Sequence record: SRR2962707_1393
DNA: 20,820 bases
Strand: one strand, 5' to 3'
Part shown: piece by piece, positions 8,322 to 17,185 of the stretch
How positions within the stretch are numbered: position 1 is the stretch's first letter
Layout of the letters: each line of letters starts with the position of its first letter
Program-made: the position numbers and the translations under genes
Notes under the pieces: model-generated
Told to the model about the DNA's origin: nothing
Databases searched by the model: none
The model's input: only the letters and a program-made list of their open reading frames with translations

Positions 8322-9881
8322 TTAGAAGCCGCGCTTGATTGAACCCAATATACCGCGCACGAGCGCTCTTCCAAGCGAAGTTGAAACAGACCGAACCACG
8401 GACTTCATCGCCGCTTCTGTTACTGTTTGCCGGTTGCTTGTTCGGCGCGTGGTTGTCCGCCTAGGCTCATCATCATTGTATCGCGGCTCGCGATAGGTTT
8501 TGCGCGCTTTTGCTTCAGCTTTTTCGGCCTCTTCGCGCTTACGTGCCTCTTCTTCGGCTTTGGCGATTTTTTCTGCACGCGCTTCTAAAATCTCGGCGGC
8601 GCTTTCGCGGTCAATCGTCTCTTCATATTGACCATAAACGGGGCTTTGCTTGACCAACATAGAGCGCTCAGAATCCTCTAGCGGTCCTAGTCGTGATGAA
8701 GGTGGGCGAATGAGCGTACGCTGCACGATGCCTGGAACACCTTTGGCCTCCAAAGTTGAGACCAAGGCTTCCCCCACTCCCAGCTGTGTAATGGCTTCAA
8801 AGCAATCAAAATCAGGATTTGGGCGGAATGTATCAGCCGCTGTTTTAACCGCTTTTTGCTCGCGCGGTGTGTAGGCGCGCAGCGCATGTTGAATGCGGTT
8901 GCCAAGCTGAGACAGCACTGTTTCAGGAACATCAAGCGGGTTCTGGGTGACGAAAAACACCCCTACCCCTTTAGAGCGGATTAGACGCACCACTTGTTCA
9001 ACGCGCTGAATCAGAACATCCGGCGCATCGGTAAAGAGCAAATGGGCTTCGTCGAAAAAGAATACGAGGCGTGGCTTATCGGGATCGCCAATTTCTGGCA
9101 ATTCTTCAAACAGTTCTGACAGCAACCACAATAGGAACACGCCATAAAGGCGCGGATTCATCATCAACTGATCGGCAGCCAAAATATTGATCGAACCACG
9201 ACCATCTGGCGTTGTGCGCATAATATCTGAAATTTTAAGCGCCGGTTCGCCGAAGAACATTTCGGCATGTTGCTGCTCTAACACCAGCAAATTGCGCTGA
9301 ATTGCAGCAATAGAAGCTTTATTGACACCGCCATAGGCGCGCGACAGTTCTTGCGCGTTATCGGCCATATACATAAGCAGCGAACGTAAATCGTCCATAT
9401 CAAGAAGCAAAAGCCCCTCTTCGTCAGCCATTTTAAAGGCGATATTGACGATACCTTCCTGCGCATCTGATAGGTCCATCATGCGCGATAAGAGAAGTGG
9501 CCCCATTTCAGAAATGGTTGCACGGATTGGATGGCCTTTCTTGCCAAACAAATCCCAGAAAATGGCGGGAAACTCCTGAAAGGCGTATTCCTCAAAGCCA
9601 ATCTTTTCGGCGCGCTTGACCAAAAACTCTTTGCCCGCAGCTTGCCCAATAGCGCCAAGACCAGAAAGATCACCTTTCACATCAGCGCAGAAAACCGGAA
9701 CACCTGCATTAGAAAAACTCTCAGCGAGAATTTGCAAAGTGACTGTTTTACCCGTACCCGTCGCACCGGTAATCAAACCATGACGGTTTGCATATTCGAG
9801 CGACATATATTCCTTCTTTTGAATGGAATCGTCAGGATTACGGCTTGCGCCAATAAAAAGGCCGTTTTCTACGTCGCTCAT
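8322..9881 (-). CDS. DUF853 / YjgR-like HerA-FtsK superfamily P-loop ATPase
   Basis: ANRHGLITGATGTGKT (Walker A), DVKGDLSG, FFFDEAHLLF (Walker B), RLIRSKGVGV, TQNPLD, QLGNRIQHALRA, and a typical C-terminal GRALVRGILGS. Confidence 0.93.
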   Translation of the reverse strand: MSDVENGLFIGASRNPDDSIQKKEYMSLEYANRHGLITGATGTGKTVTLQILAESFSNAGVPVFCADVKGDLSGLGAIGQAAGKEFLVKRAEKIGFEEYAFQEFPAIFWDLFGKKGHPIRATISEMGPLLLSRMMDLSDAQEGIVNIAFKMADEEGLLLLDMDDLRSLLMYMADNAQELSRAYGGVNKASIAAIQRNLLVLEQQHAEMFFGEPALKISDIMRTTPDGRGSINILAADQLMMNPRLYGVFLLWLLSELFEELPEIGDPDKPRLVFFFDEAHLLFTDAPDVLIQRVEQVVRLIRSKGVGVFFVTQNPLDVPETVLSQLGNRIQHALRAYTPREQKAVKTAADTFRPNPDFDCFEAITQLGVGEALVSTLEAKGVPGIVQRTLIRPPSSRLGPLEDSERSMLVKQSPVYGQYEETIDRESAAEILEARAEKIAKAEEEARKREEAEKAEAKARKTYREPRYNDDEPRRTTTRRTSNRQTVTEAAMKSVVRSVSTSLGRALVRGILGSIKRGF

Positions 9882-10012
9882 CGCTCAACTTTCATACGTA
9901 TTTCATGCACAATTTGCATAAACCTATAATGGTCCATATGAATTCAAACAATGGCATTAACTATTTTTGTTTAGTCACAATCAGCGCTTGAATCCCAAAA
10001 TAAAATGCGCAT

Positions 10013-10028
10013 ATTACGTAAACGTCAA
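10013..10028. promoter_or_regulatory. LiuR-like palindromic operator
   Basis: ATTACGTAAACGTCAA (reverse complement TTGACGTTTACGTAAT) matches 15/16 positions of the LiuR-type consensus TTKACGTWWACGTMAA as I recall it. It overlaps a CTTGAA-N17-CATATT promoter-like element at 9987-10015. Confidence 0.6.
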
Positions 10029-10051
10029 TATTTTAAAACTGGAGCTTTATA

Positions 10052-10414
10052 ATGGATGAATTAATCGCGCGTATCACTGCAAGTGTTGGTCTCGAGCCCG
10101 GTCAAGCAAAAAACGCTGTGGGCGCAATTCTCGGCTTTCTAGAAAAAGAAGCACCAGATGCTGATGTTGAGAAGATGCTGGCTGCAATCCCCGGCGCAAA
10201 AGAGGCAATTGCTGAAGCTGGTTCAGGCGGCATGTTTGCAAGCATGATGCCGGGCGTCATGGGCCTTGGTTCTCAGCTCATGGGCATGGGTCTTGGCATG
10301 GGCGAAATTAACGGCGTAGCTAAAGAAACAATCGCCTATGCGAAAGAAAAAGCGGGTGAAGGCCCGGTTGATGAAGTGATTGCTTCGATCCCTGGCCTTA
10401 GCCAGTTCATCTAA
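10052..10414 (+). CDS. Conserved hypothetical protein (DUF2267/DUF2780-like), Met/Gly-rich
   Basis: 120 aa, GGAG RBS, and an MDELIARI...AVGAILGFL...IPGA...IPGLSQF pattern resembling rhizobial DUF2267-annotated proteins. Followed by a terminator. Confidence 0.8.
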   Translation: MDELIARITASVGLEPGQAKNAVGAILGFLEKEAPDADVEKMLAAIPGAKEAIAEAGSGGMFASMMPGVMGLGSQLMGMGLGMGEINGVAKETIAYAKEKAGEGPVDEVIASIPGLSQFI

Positions 10415-10432
10415 TTTGATACCTATCGATTT

Positions 10433-10461
10433 AAATACCCAGCCAATGTGCTGGGTATTTT
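10433..10461 (+). terminator. Intrinsic terminator
   Basis: AAATACCCAGC-CAATGT-GCTGGGTATTT-T, an 11-bp perfect stem just after the stop at 10414. Confidence 0.75.
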
Positions 10462-10493
10462 GCATTTGGCGCTTAAATTGCTGTAACTAGGCT

Positions 10494-11837
10494 ATGAGCA
10501 AAAGATTCTTCAATCGGCGCGACTTCCTGACCCTATTTGGCGCAGGCATCAGCTTGGGCATTTCACTGCGCCCAACATTGGCACAAAGCGCCCTCTCTTA
10601 TGGCGTGACCCCAAATGCGAAACGCGACCAATCTGATAAATTTCAACGGATGCTCGATCAAGCTGCCCTTTCGGGCGCGGCGATAAAATTGCCTGCGGGC
10701 GACTATAAAATACACAATATCCGCCTGCCCGATGGCTGTGTGCTGAGCGGTGAAGGTTCAAGCACGGTTTTGAGTAATAACGGCTCAGGCCCTGTGCTTT
10801 TTGGCCAAGATGCACAGTGGATTTCGCTTTCAAACTTTGCTTGCGACGGCGGTGTTCGCTCAGCAACCGCCGATAATCAGGGCGTGATAACCCTGATCCG
10901 CACGATGAATGCGGGTCTAAATCGCCTCATTGTTCGCAATGGCGCTCAGGATGGTGTTTATCTAGAACAATGCGGCGGCAATGTTTCAGCCTGCCAAATT
11001 GAGCAAATGGGGCGCTTGGGTATATTTGCAATGCAGAGCAATAGCCTTGCCATTGAAGATAACACCGTTAGCGATTGCGCCGATGGCGGCATCCTCGTGC
11101 ATCGGTGGGAAGCTGGTCACGATGGCGCAGTGATCGCCCGTAATAGAGTGAGCAATATCCGCGCTAGAAGTGGTGGTACGGGCCAATGGGGCAACGGTAT
11201 CAACGCGTATCACGCCGATAATGTGCTCATTCAAGACAATAAAATTTCCGATTGTGCCTTTAGCGCGATCAGGGCAAATACGACTGAAAATACTATTATC
11301 AACCGCAATAACTGTCTGGCCAGCGGTGAAACAGCCATTTACGCTGAATTTGCGTTTAAAAATGCGACAATCACCCGAAACTATATTGATGGCTGCGCCA
11401 ATGGCATATCTGCGACGAATTTAAATAATGGCGGGCGTGGGTCGATTATCACTGATAACACCATTCGCAACGCGACTGCGCTCGGCCCATATAAGCCCGA
11501 AGCGCCCTATTTCGGGCATGGCATTTCCGTTGAGGCAGACGCGCTTGTGCGCGATAATTTAATCGAAACGGTCAATGGCTACGGCATCAATGTTGGTTGG
11601 GGGCCTTATCTGGAAAATGTGGAAGTAAGCGCCAATACGATTAATGATGCCAATATTGGCATTGGCATTTCGGTTGCAGAGGGTGCGGGCAAAGCGAAAA
11701 TCACAAGCAATCTGATCCACGCGCGCGATGGCGCAATTCGCGCTCATCGCTGGGACCAGATTGAGCCAGATGATCTAGCGCTTCACCCATCACTAGCGCC
11801 GGCCAATATTCAATTGGCTGACAATCGGATTTTCTGA
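10494..11837 (+). CDS. Tat-translocated right-handed beta-helix repeat protein (TIGR03808-like)
   Basis: NRRDFL Tat motif, pectate-lyase-like N-terminus (LPAGDY...LSGEG), and many PbH1-type repeats (IEDNTVSDC..GI, IARNRV, IQDNKISDC, INRNNC, ITRNYIDG, ITDNTI). Confidence 0.85.
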   Translation: MSKRFFNRRDFLTLFGAGISLGISLRPTLAQSALSYGVTPNAKRDQSDKFQRMLDQAALSGAAIKLPAGDYKIHNIRLPDGCVLSGEGSSTVLSNNGSGPVLFGQDAQWISLSNFACDGGVRSATADNQGVITLIRTMNAGLNRLIVRNGAQDGVYLEQCGGNVSACQIEQMGRLGIFAMQSNSLAIEDNTVSDCADGGILVHRWEAGHDGAVIARNRVSNIRARSGGTGQWGNGINAYHADNVLIQDNKISDCAFSAIRANTTENTIINRNNCLASGETAIYAEFAFKNATITRNYIDGCANGISATNLNNGGRGSIITDNTIRNATALGPYKPEAPYFGHGISVEADALVRDNLIETVNGYGINVGWGPYLENVEVSANTINDANIGIGISVAEGAGKAKITSNLIHARDGAIRAHRWDQIEPDDLALHPSLAPANIQLADNRIF

Positions 11838-11894
11838 CATTCTATTGAAACGCTACAGCGGTAATTTAAACCTACGCTAAGGAGTGAACCGCAA

Positions 11895-12101
11895 ATGAAA
11901 CTTGATACAATTGCGCTTATTGCTTGCATCATAGCAGCAACGATCTGGCTTTCGGTGGTTCTCATTGGAACAATTTCAACGCCAGCTGGCTATCCGATTG
12001 CGGTCATTATCGTTGGATTTCTGATCCTTCTTTTTAAAGTGATCAATGATCGACGCCATAACGCAGAAGACGATTACTATGAAAAAAATGTGGAGAAATA
12101 A
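11895..12101 (+). CDS. Small hypothetical membrane protein (2 predicted TM helices, charged C-tail)
   Basis: AAGGAG RBS at 11879-11884, two hydrophobic stretches, then RRHNAEDDYYEKNVEK. Its stop directly abuts the next ATG (TAAATG). Confidence 0.75.
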   Translation: MKLDTIALIACIIAATIWLSVVLIGTISTPAGYPIAVIIVGFLILLFKVINDRRHNAEDDYYEKNVEK

Positions 12102-12416
12102 ATGATCGTTTCAACAACTGAAACAATAGCTGGCGCAGAAATCATTGAAGTTTTGGGTATTGCACGCGGCAATGTTATTCGCGCCAAGCATGTCGGAACC
12201 GATATCGTTGCTTCCTTGCGCAATCTCGTTGGCGGTGAAGTCACCGAGTACACAAAGATGATGGCAGAAGCGCGCGAGCAAGCCTATGACCGCATGGTGC
12301 AGGACGCAAAAAACCAAGGCGCAGACGCGATTGTTGGCATGCGCTTTACGGCAGCGATGGTGATGCAAGGTACAGCTGAAATCTTAGCATTTGGCACAGC
12401 GGTCAAACTTAAATAG
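12102..12416 (+). CDS. YbjQ / UPF0145 family protein (putative heavy-metal-binding fold)
   Basis: MIVSTTETIAG, LRNLVGGE..EYT.MM.EARE.A..RM, GADAIVGMRF and AFGTAVK. Confidence 0.93.
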   Translation: MIVSTTETIAGAEIIEVLGIARGNVIRAKHVGTDIVASLRNLVGGEVTEYTKMMAEAREQAYDRMVQDAKNQGADAIVGMRFTAAMVMQGTAEILAFGTAVKLK

Positions 12417-13419
12417 CCGTGCTTCTAATCTCGCCAACGTGTATTTTATTCCAATTGTAAATCGGATGCTGTGTCAAAGCGTGTAGCTTTTCACCAAGCG
12501 CAGTATCTTGGCCCATCAGCTTATTGAGCACACCTGCGAGCATCATTTCACCCGCGCGGTCAGCGCCGTCATCGGCTTTAATGGCAATACCAAGCCCCAT
12601 TTCGGGAATTGTTGCCATGTAAACGCCCTCAGCGCCCATTTTTGCGAAAATACGCCCCTCGCCCAATTCCATGACGCGTGTACAAAAGCGATTTGTGCCG
12701 GCCATATACCAAGGCTCAGCCATGCAGGCATCCATCAAACGCTTGGCCGCATTGGCGCGCACTGGTTCTAAGCCCGTTCCGGTGGCGAGCTTCGCAAAGG
12801 CTTTTGCCAAGCCGGTCAAGCTCGCAGCCAATGTGGGCGCTGAACACCCATCAATGCCGCATTGATCAGCGACGACTTTTTCGCCCACCAATGTCTCAAA
12901 AATGGAGAATATATGCCGCTGAATTTCGTGTTCAGGCTTGATATAGCCAGACGTTTTCATGCCTGCATGTTTCGCGCAGCACAAAAAACCTGCATGTTTG
13001 CCAGAGCAATTGTTATAAAGCTGATTGGGCGTTTTGCCCGATCGGGCTAATTCAATACGCGTATTTTCACCGGCGCTGCCCATTAACGGCCAATGCGATC
13101 CGCACTCTAGATCTGACTCACCTAGACCAGCCGCACCAAGCATTTTTGCGGCCATATCAACATGGCCCGGCTCAGAAGAGTGAGAAGCACAGGCAAAAGA
13201 TAATTCTTTTTGTCCAAAGCCATAATGGTCGGCTGTGCCGGTCTCAACCAGTGGTAAGGCTTGTATTAGTTTGTAGGCTGAACGCGGGAAAATCGGGCGC
13301 TCAATATCGCCGAGGCTAAGCACTTGGCCGCCATCAGCGTCATATACCGCAACCGAGCCACGGTGCAGCGTTTCCACAATGCCGCCGCGTGTAAGCTCCG
13401 CCAGAATTGGATTTGCCAT
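12409..13419 (-). CDS. ansA: L-asparaginase II (Rhizobium etli-type, class 3)
   Basis: TRGGIVET.HRG, FPRSAYK, CASHS, NNCSGKH, DGCSAP and AKMGAEG. AGGTGA RBS before the ATG at 13419. Confidence 0.9.
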   Translation of the reverse strand: MANPILAELTRGGIVETLHRGSVAVYDADGGQVLSLGDIERPIFPRSAYKLIQALPLVETGTADHYGFGQKELSFACASHSSEPGHVDMAAKMLGAAGLGESDLECGSHWPLMGSAGENTRIELARSGKTPNQLYNNCSGKHAGFLCCAKHAGMKTSGYIKPEHEIQRHIFSIFETLVGEKVVADQCGIDGCSAPTLAASLTGLAKAFAKLATGTGLEPVRANAAKRLMDACMAEPWYMAGTNRFCTRVMELGEGRIFAKMGAEGVYMATIPEMGLGIAIKADDGADRAGEMMLAGVLNKLMGQDTALGEKLHALTQHPIYNWNKIHVGEIRSTAI

Positions 13420-13445
13420 TATTTCACCTACAAACATCAAGCCAA

Positions 13446-14960
13446 TTAAATTGACTGATTGTAATCACCAACGCCATCATTTTCACGCAGCACCGCATCG
13501 ACCGCGCGGAACATTTCTAATTTGCGTTCCTCTGATACGGGGCTTTCAACAACCACGACAAGCTCAGGCTTATTAGATGACGCACGCACCAAACCCCATG
13601 TGCCATCATCGGTGACAACACGGACGCCGTTAACAGTGATCAGATCGATGATGTCGTGGCCAGCGATTTTATCGCCCGCTTTTTTTTTCGCTTCAAAGCG
13701 TGCAACAACCTTATCAACGATGCCATATTTGGTTTCATCGGCGCAGTGCGGCGACATGGTTGGCGAACCAAATGTCAGTGGTAGATCGCGGTAAAGATCA
13801 GCCATTGTCTTATCTGGATTGCGGTCCAGCATTTCACAGACGGCGATGCCTGTCACGATGCCATCATCATAGCCACGCCCGATTGGCGGATTAAAGAAAA
13901 AGTGTCCTGATTTTTCAAAACCAGCAATCGCACCAATTTCAGCGACACGGCGCTTGATATAAGAGTGGCCGGTTTTCCAGTAATCTGTCGTCGCGCCCTG
14001 CGCTTTAAGAACGGGGTCAGTCAAATAAAGGCCCGTTGATTTTACATCAGCAACAAATACCGCGTTTTTATGGTTTGCCGAAATATCGCGGGCGAGCATA
14101 ACGCCAACTTTGTCGGCGAAAATCTCATTGCCTTCATTGTCCACGACGCCGCAGCGGTCGCCATCACCATCAAAGCCGAGACCAACATCAGCGCCAGTTT
14201 CAAGCACTTTATCGCGAATAGCGTGAAGCATTTTCATGTCTTCGGGGTTCGGATTATAATTTGGGAATGTGTGATCGAGTTCTACATCAAGCGGAATAAC
14301 CTCTACGCCTATGCGCTTCAGCGCTTCGGGTGCAAAAGCGCCTGCTGTGCCATTGCCACATGCGGCAACGACTTTGAGCTTGCGCTTTATCTTTTTGCCT
14401 TCGGTCAAATCAGCGATGTAACGCTCGCGGAAGCCTTCGATATATTCGTAAGAGCCAGTCGCCGTAAGTTCAAAATCGCCGCCGAGCACGATATCGCGCA
14501 GCTCGCCCATTTCATCAGGGCCAAATGTCAGCGGTCGTTCGCAACCCATTTTAACGCCGGTCCAGCCGTTTTCATTATGCGAAGCTGTGACCATCGCCAC
14601 AGATGGAACATCAAGCGCAAACTGTCCAAAATAGGCCATCGGCGAAAGCGCAAGGCCTACATCCTTGACCTGCATGCCAGCAGACATCAGGCCTTGAACA
14701 AGCGCTAATTTGATTGAGAGAGAATAGCTGCGGAAATCATGACCGACCACGATACCGCGATCAATGCCGCGGCGGCCAATCATTGTACCAATACCCATAC
14801 CCAGTGCCTGGACACCAATTAGATTGAGCTCGGGTTCAACATCAGAGCCTGGATGGCCAAACCACCATCGCGCATCATATTCGCGAAAGCCTGTCGGCTT
14901 CACGAGCGCTGTTGTTTCAAATTCATAGGTATTGGCAGATAGTTTTGCCGCAGGCTTCAT
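13446..14960 (-). CDS. Phosphomannomutase/phosphoglucomutase (AlgC-like)
   Basis: FREYDAR, VTASHN (phosphoserine), FDGDGDR (metal), GFEKSGH and VRASSN. GGAGA RBS before the ATG at 14960. Confidence 0.94.
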   Translation of the reverse strand: MKPAAKLSANTYEFETTALVKPTGFREYDARWWFGHPGSDVEPELNLIGVQALGMGIGTMIGRRGIDRGIVVGHDFRSYSLSIKLALVQGLMSAGMQVKDVGLALSPMAYFGQFALDVPSVAMVTASHNENGWTGVKMGCERPLTFGPDEMGELRDIVLGGDFELTATGSYEYIEGFRERYIADLTEGKKIKRKLKVVAACGNGTAGAFAPEALKRIGVEVIPLDVELDHTFPNYNPNPEDMKMLHAIRDKVLETGADVGLGFDGDGDRCGVVDNEGNEIFADKVGVMLARDISANHKNAVFVADVKSTGLYLTDPVLKAQGATTDYWKTGHSYIKRRVAEIGAIAGFEKSGHFFFNPPIGRGYDDGIVTGIAVCEMLDRNPDKTMADLYRDLPLTFGSPTMSPHCADETKYGIVDKVVARFEAKKKAGDKIAGHDIIDLITVNGVRVVTDDGTWGLVRASSNKPELVVVVESPVSEERKLEMFRAVDAVLRENDGVGDYNQSI

Positions 14961-15055
14961 AATCTTCTCCAAAGTTTGGTCTTTGTGATTTTGATGTTAC
15001 CCAGCTTTGCTCAGACTGCAATGCTCTGAACAGTGGCTTGCGGCCTATTGGTCAA

Positions 15056-16978
15056 TTATGCCCGAATATTTGGGATTTTTTCCGCACTTCGGCCAAGCGC
15101 GCTGAAAACCGCATTCACGATATTTGCAGCATCAAGGCCCGCCAATTCATAAAGGCGCTCAGGCGACGCCTGATCCATGAAGCGATCGGGCATAAACAAA
15201 GAGCGGAACCGCACCTGCCCATCCAGATATCCTCGGCTGGCAAGGAGCTGCGCCACATGGCTGCCAAAGCCGCCAATTGAGCCTTCTTCAACCGTGATAA
15301 TTAACTCATGGTTCCGCGCGAGATTTTCAATCAACTCTTCGTCAATTGGCTTGGCAAAACGCGCATCGGCGACCGTTGTCGGCAGACCGCGCGATTCTAA
15401 ATCTTCTGCCGCAAGCAGCGCTTCTTTTAGCCGTGTGCCGAGTGAAATGATCGCGATTTTGCCGCCATCACGCACGATGCGGCCTTTACCAATCTGCAAA
15501 ATTTCGCCGCGTTCAGGCATATCAACGCCAACACCCTCACCGCGCGGATAGCGAAAGGCGATCGGGCCTTCATCATAGGCCGCTGCTGTGCGTACCATGT
15601 GTTTTAGTTCAGCTTCATCGCCCGCAGCCATGACCACTATATTGGGCACACAGCTTAAAAAAGCGACATCGAATGATCCGGCATGGGTGGAGCCATCAGC
15701 GCCCACAAAGCCAGCACGGTCGATTGGAAAGCGCACAGGCAGCTTTTGAATGGCGCAATCATGCACCACCTGATCATAGGCACGTTGCAGAAACGTCGAA
15801 TAAATCGCACAGAACGGCTTCATGCCTTCGCTGGCCATGCCCGCTGCAAAAGTGACGGCGTGTTGCTCAGCAATGCCTACATCATAAGTGCGGTCAGGAA
15901 ACTGCTTTTCAAAGATATCGACGCCGGTGCCGCTTGGCATGGCTGCTGATATGGCGACAATCTTGTCGTCAAATCCTGCCTCTTGCGCCAGTGATTGGCC
16001 AAAAACCTTGGTGTAACTCGGTGCATTGGGTATCGCTTTTGCCTGCGCACCGGTAATCACATCAAATTTGCTGACGCCATGATATTTATCGCTCGCCGCT
16101 TCAGCGGGGCCATAACCTTTGCCTTTTTGGGTAACAACATGGACAAGGATTGGCCCAACACCTGCATCGCGCGCATTACGCAATACTGGCAATAGATGTT
16201 CCAGATTATGGCCATCGATTGGCCCAACGTAGAAAAAGCCAAGCTCTTCAAACAATGTGCCGCCAGAGAAAAATGTGCGCGTGTATTCCTCGGTTTTGCG
16301 GGCTTTATCTTGAAAGAATTTTGGTAAGCGCTTGGATAGCTGCTTGGCAGTTTCGCGCAGGGAAATATAAGTTTTACCTGAAACTAAACGCGCCAAATAA
16401 GCGCTCATCGCGCCCGTTGGCGGCGCAATCGACATGTCATTGTCGTTGAGAATTACGATCTGTCTGGCATCAATCGCACCCGCATTGTTCATCGCCTCAT
16501 AGGCCATACCGGCAGACATTGAGCCATCGCCGATCACAGAAATGATATTGCGCTCTTCACCTTGAAGACGCGAGGCCTCCACCATGCCAAGGCCAGCGGA
16601 AATTGATGTCGAAGAATGACCCGCGCCAAAAGCATCATAGGGGCTTTCTTGGCGCTTGGTGAAACCTGACAGCCCGCTTTCCTTGCGGATCGTATTCATC
16701 TCACCGCGCCGGCCAGTTAGCATTTTATGGGGATAGCACTGATGACCTACGTCCCAGATGATCCGGTCATGGGGCGTATCAAAAACATGATGCAGCGCAA
16801 CTGTTAGCTCAACAACACCCAGATTAGAGCCTAAATGGCCGCCAGATTGAGATACGGACGCGATCAGATCTGCGCGCAGCTCATCTGCAATTTGGCGCAA
16901 TTCAGCGTCAGATTTATTCTTCAAATCAGCGGGTGATTTGATCGTATCAAGTAACGGCGTATCTGGCTTATTTGTCAT
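15056..16978 (-). CDS. dxs: 1-deoxy-D-xylulose-5-phosphate synthase
   Basis: [32 protein letters not shown]...LNDN (ThDP), [23 protein letters not shown] and RYPRG. Confidence 0.97.
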   Translation of the reverse strand: MTNKPDTPLLDTIKSPADLKNKSDAELRQIADELRADLIASVSQSGGHLGSNLGVVELTVALHHVFDTPHDRIIWDVGHQCYPHKMLTGRRGEMNTIRKESGLSGFTKRQESPYDAFGAGHSSTSISAGLGMVEASRLQGEERNIISVIGDGSMSAGMAYEAMNNAGAIDARQIVILNDNDMSIAPPTGAMSAYLARLVSGKTYISLRETAKQLSKRLPKFFQDKARKTEEYTRTFFSGGTLFEELGFFYVGPIDGHNLEHLLPVLRNARDAGVGPILVHVVTQKGKGYGPAEAASDKYHGVSKFDVITGAQAKAIPNAPSYTKVFGQSLAQEAGFDDKIVAISAAMPSGTGVDIFEKQFPDRTYDVGIAEQHAVTFAAGMASEGMKPFCAIYSTFLQRAYDQVVHDCAIQKLPVRFPIDRAGFVGADGSTHAGSFDVAFLSCVPNIVVMAAGDEAELKHMVRTAAAYDEGPIAFRYPRGEGVGVDMPERGEILQIGKGRIVRDGGKIAIISLGTRLKEALLAAEDLESRGLPTTVADARFAKPIDEELIENLARNHELIITVEEGSIGGFGSHVAQLLASRGYLDGQVRFRSLFMPDRFMDQASPERLYELAGLDAANIVNAVFSALGRSAEKIPNIRA

Positions 16979-17185
16979 TATTTCTTCTTATATCGACAAT
17001 GAATTGTAACATTCATTGGGTATCATCAAAAACAGCTAACGCTCCCATTAAAGCCGCCGATTTCCCCAATCAATGCCATAAATGGTATGTGGTGGAAAGC
17101 ATATCGACTTTCAATGCGACATATATGTGCGCGAGGGAAGGCCTTTTTGTGGTTATTTCAGGAATTTAGCGCCAAAAGCAATCAA

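Noticed and set aside
8322..9881. HerA-like ATPase as part of an anti-phage (Sir2-HerA or NurA-HerA) system
   Set aside because: It is the widespread DUF853/YjgR type, stands alone between housekeeping genes, and has no adjacent nuclease, Sir2 or mobility gene.
14070..14708. 212-aa plus-strand ORF
   Set aside because: It lies wholly antisense to the well-supported PMM/PGM gene and has no recognisable motifs, so it is a shadow ORF. The same applies to the other short antisense and alternative-frame ORFs in the track.
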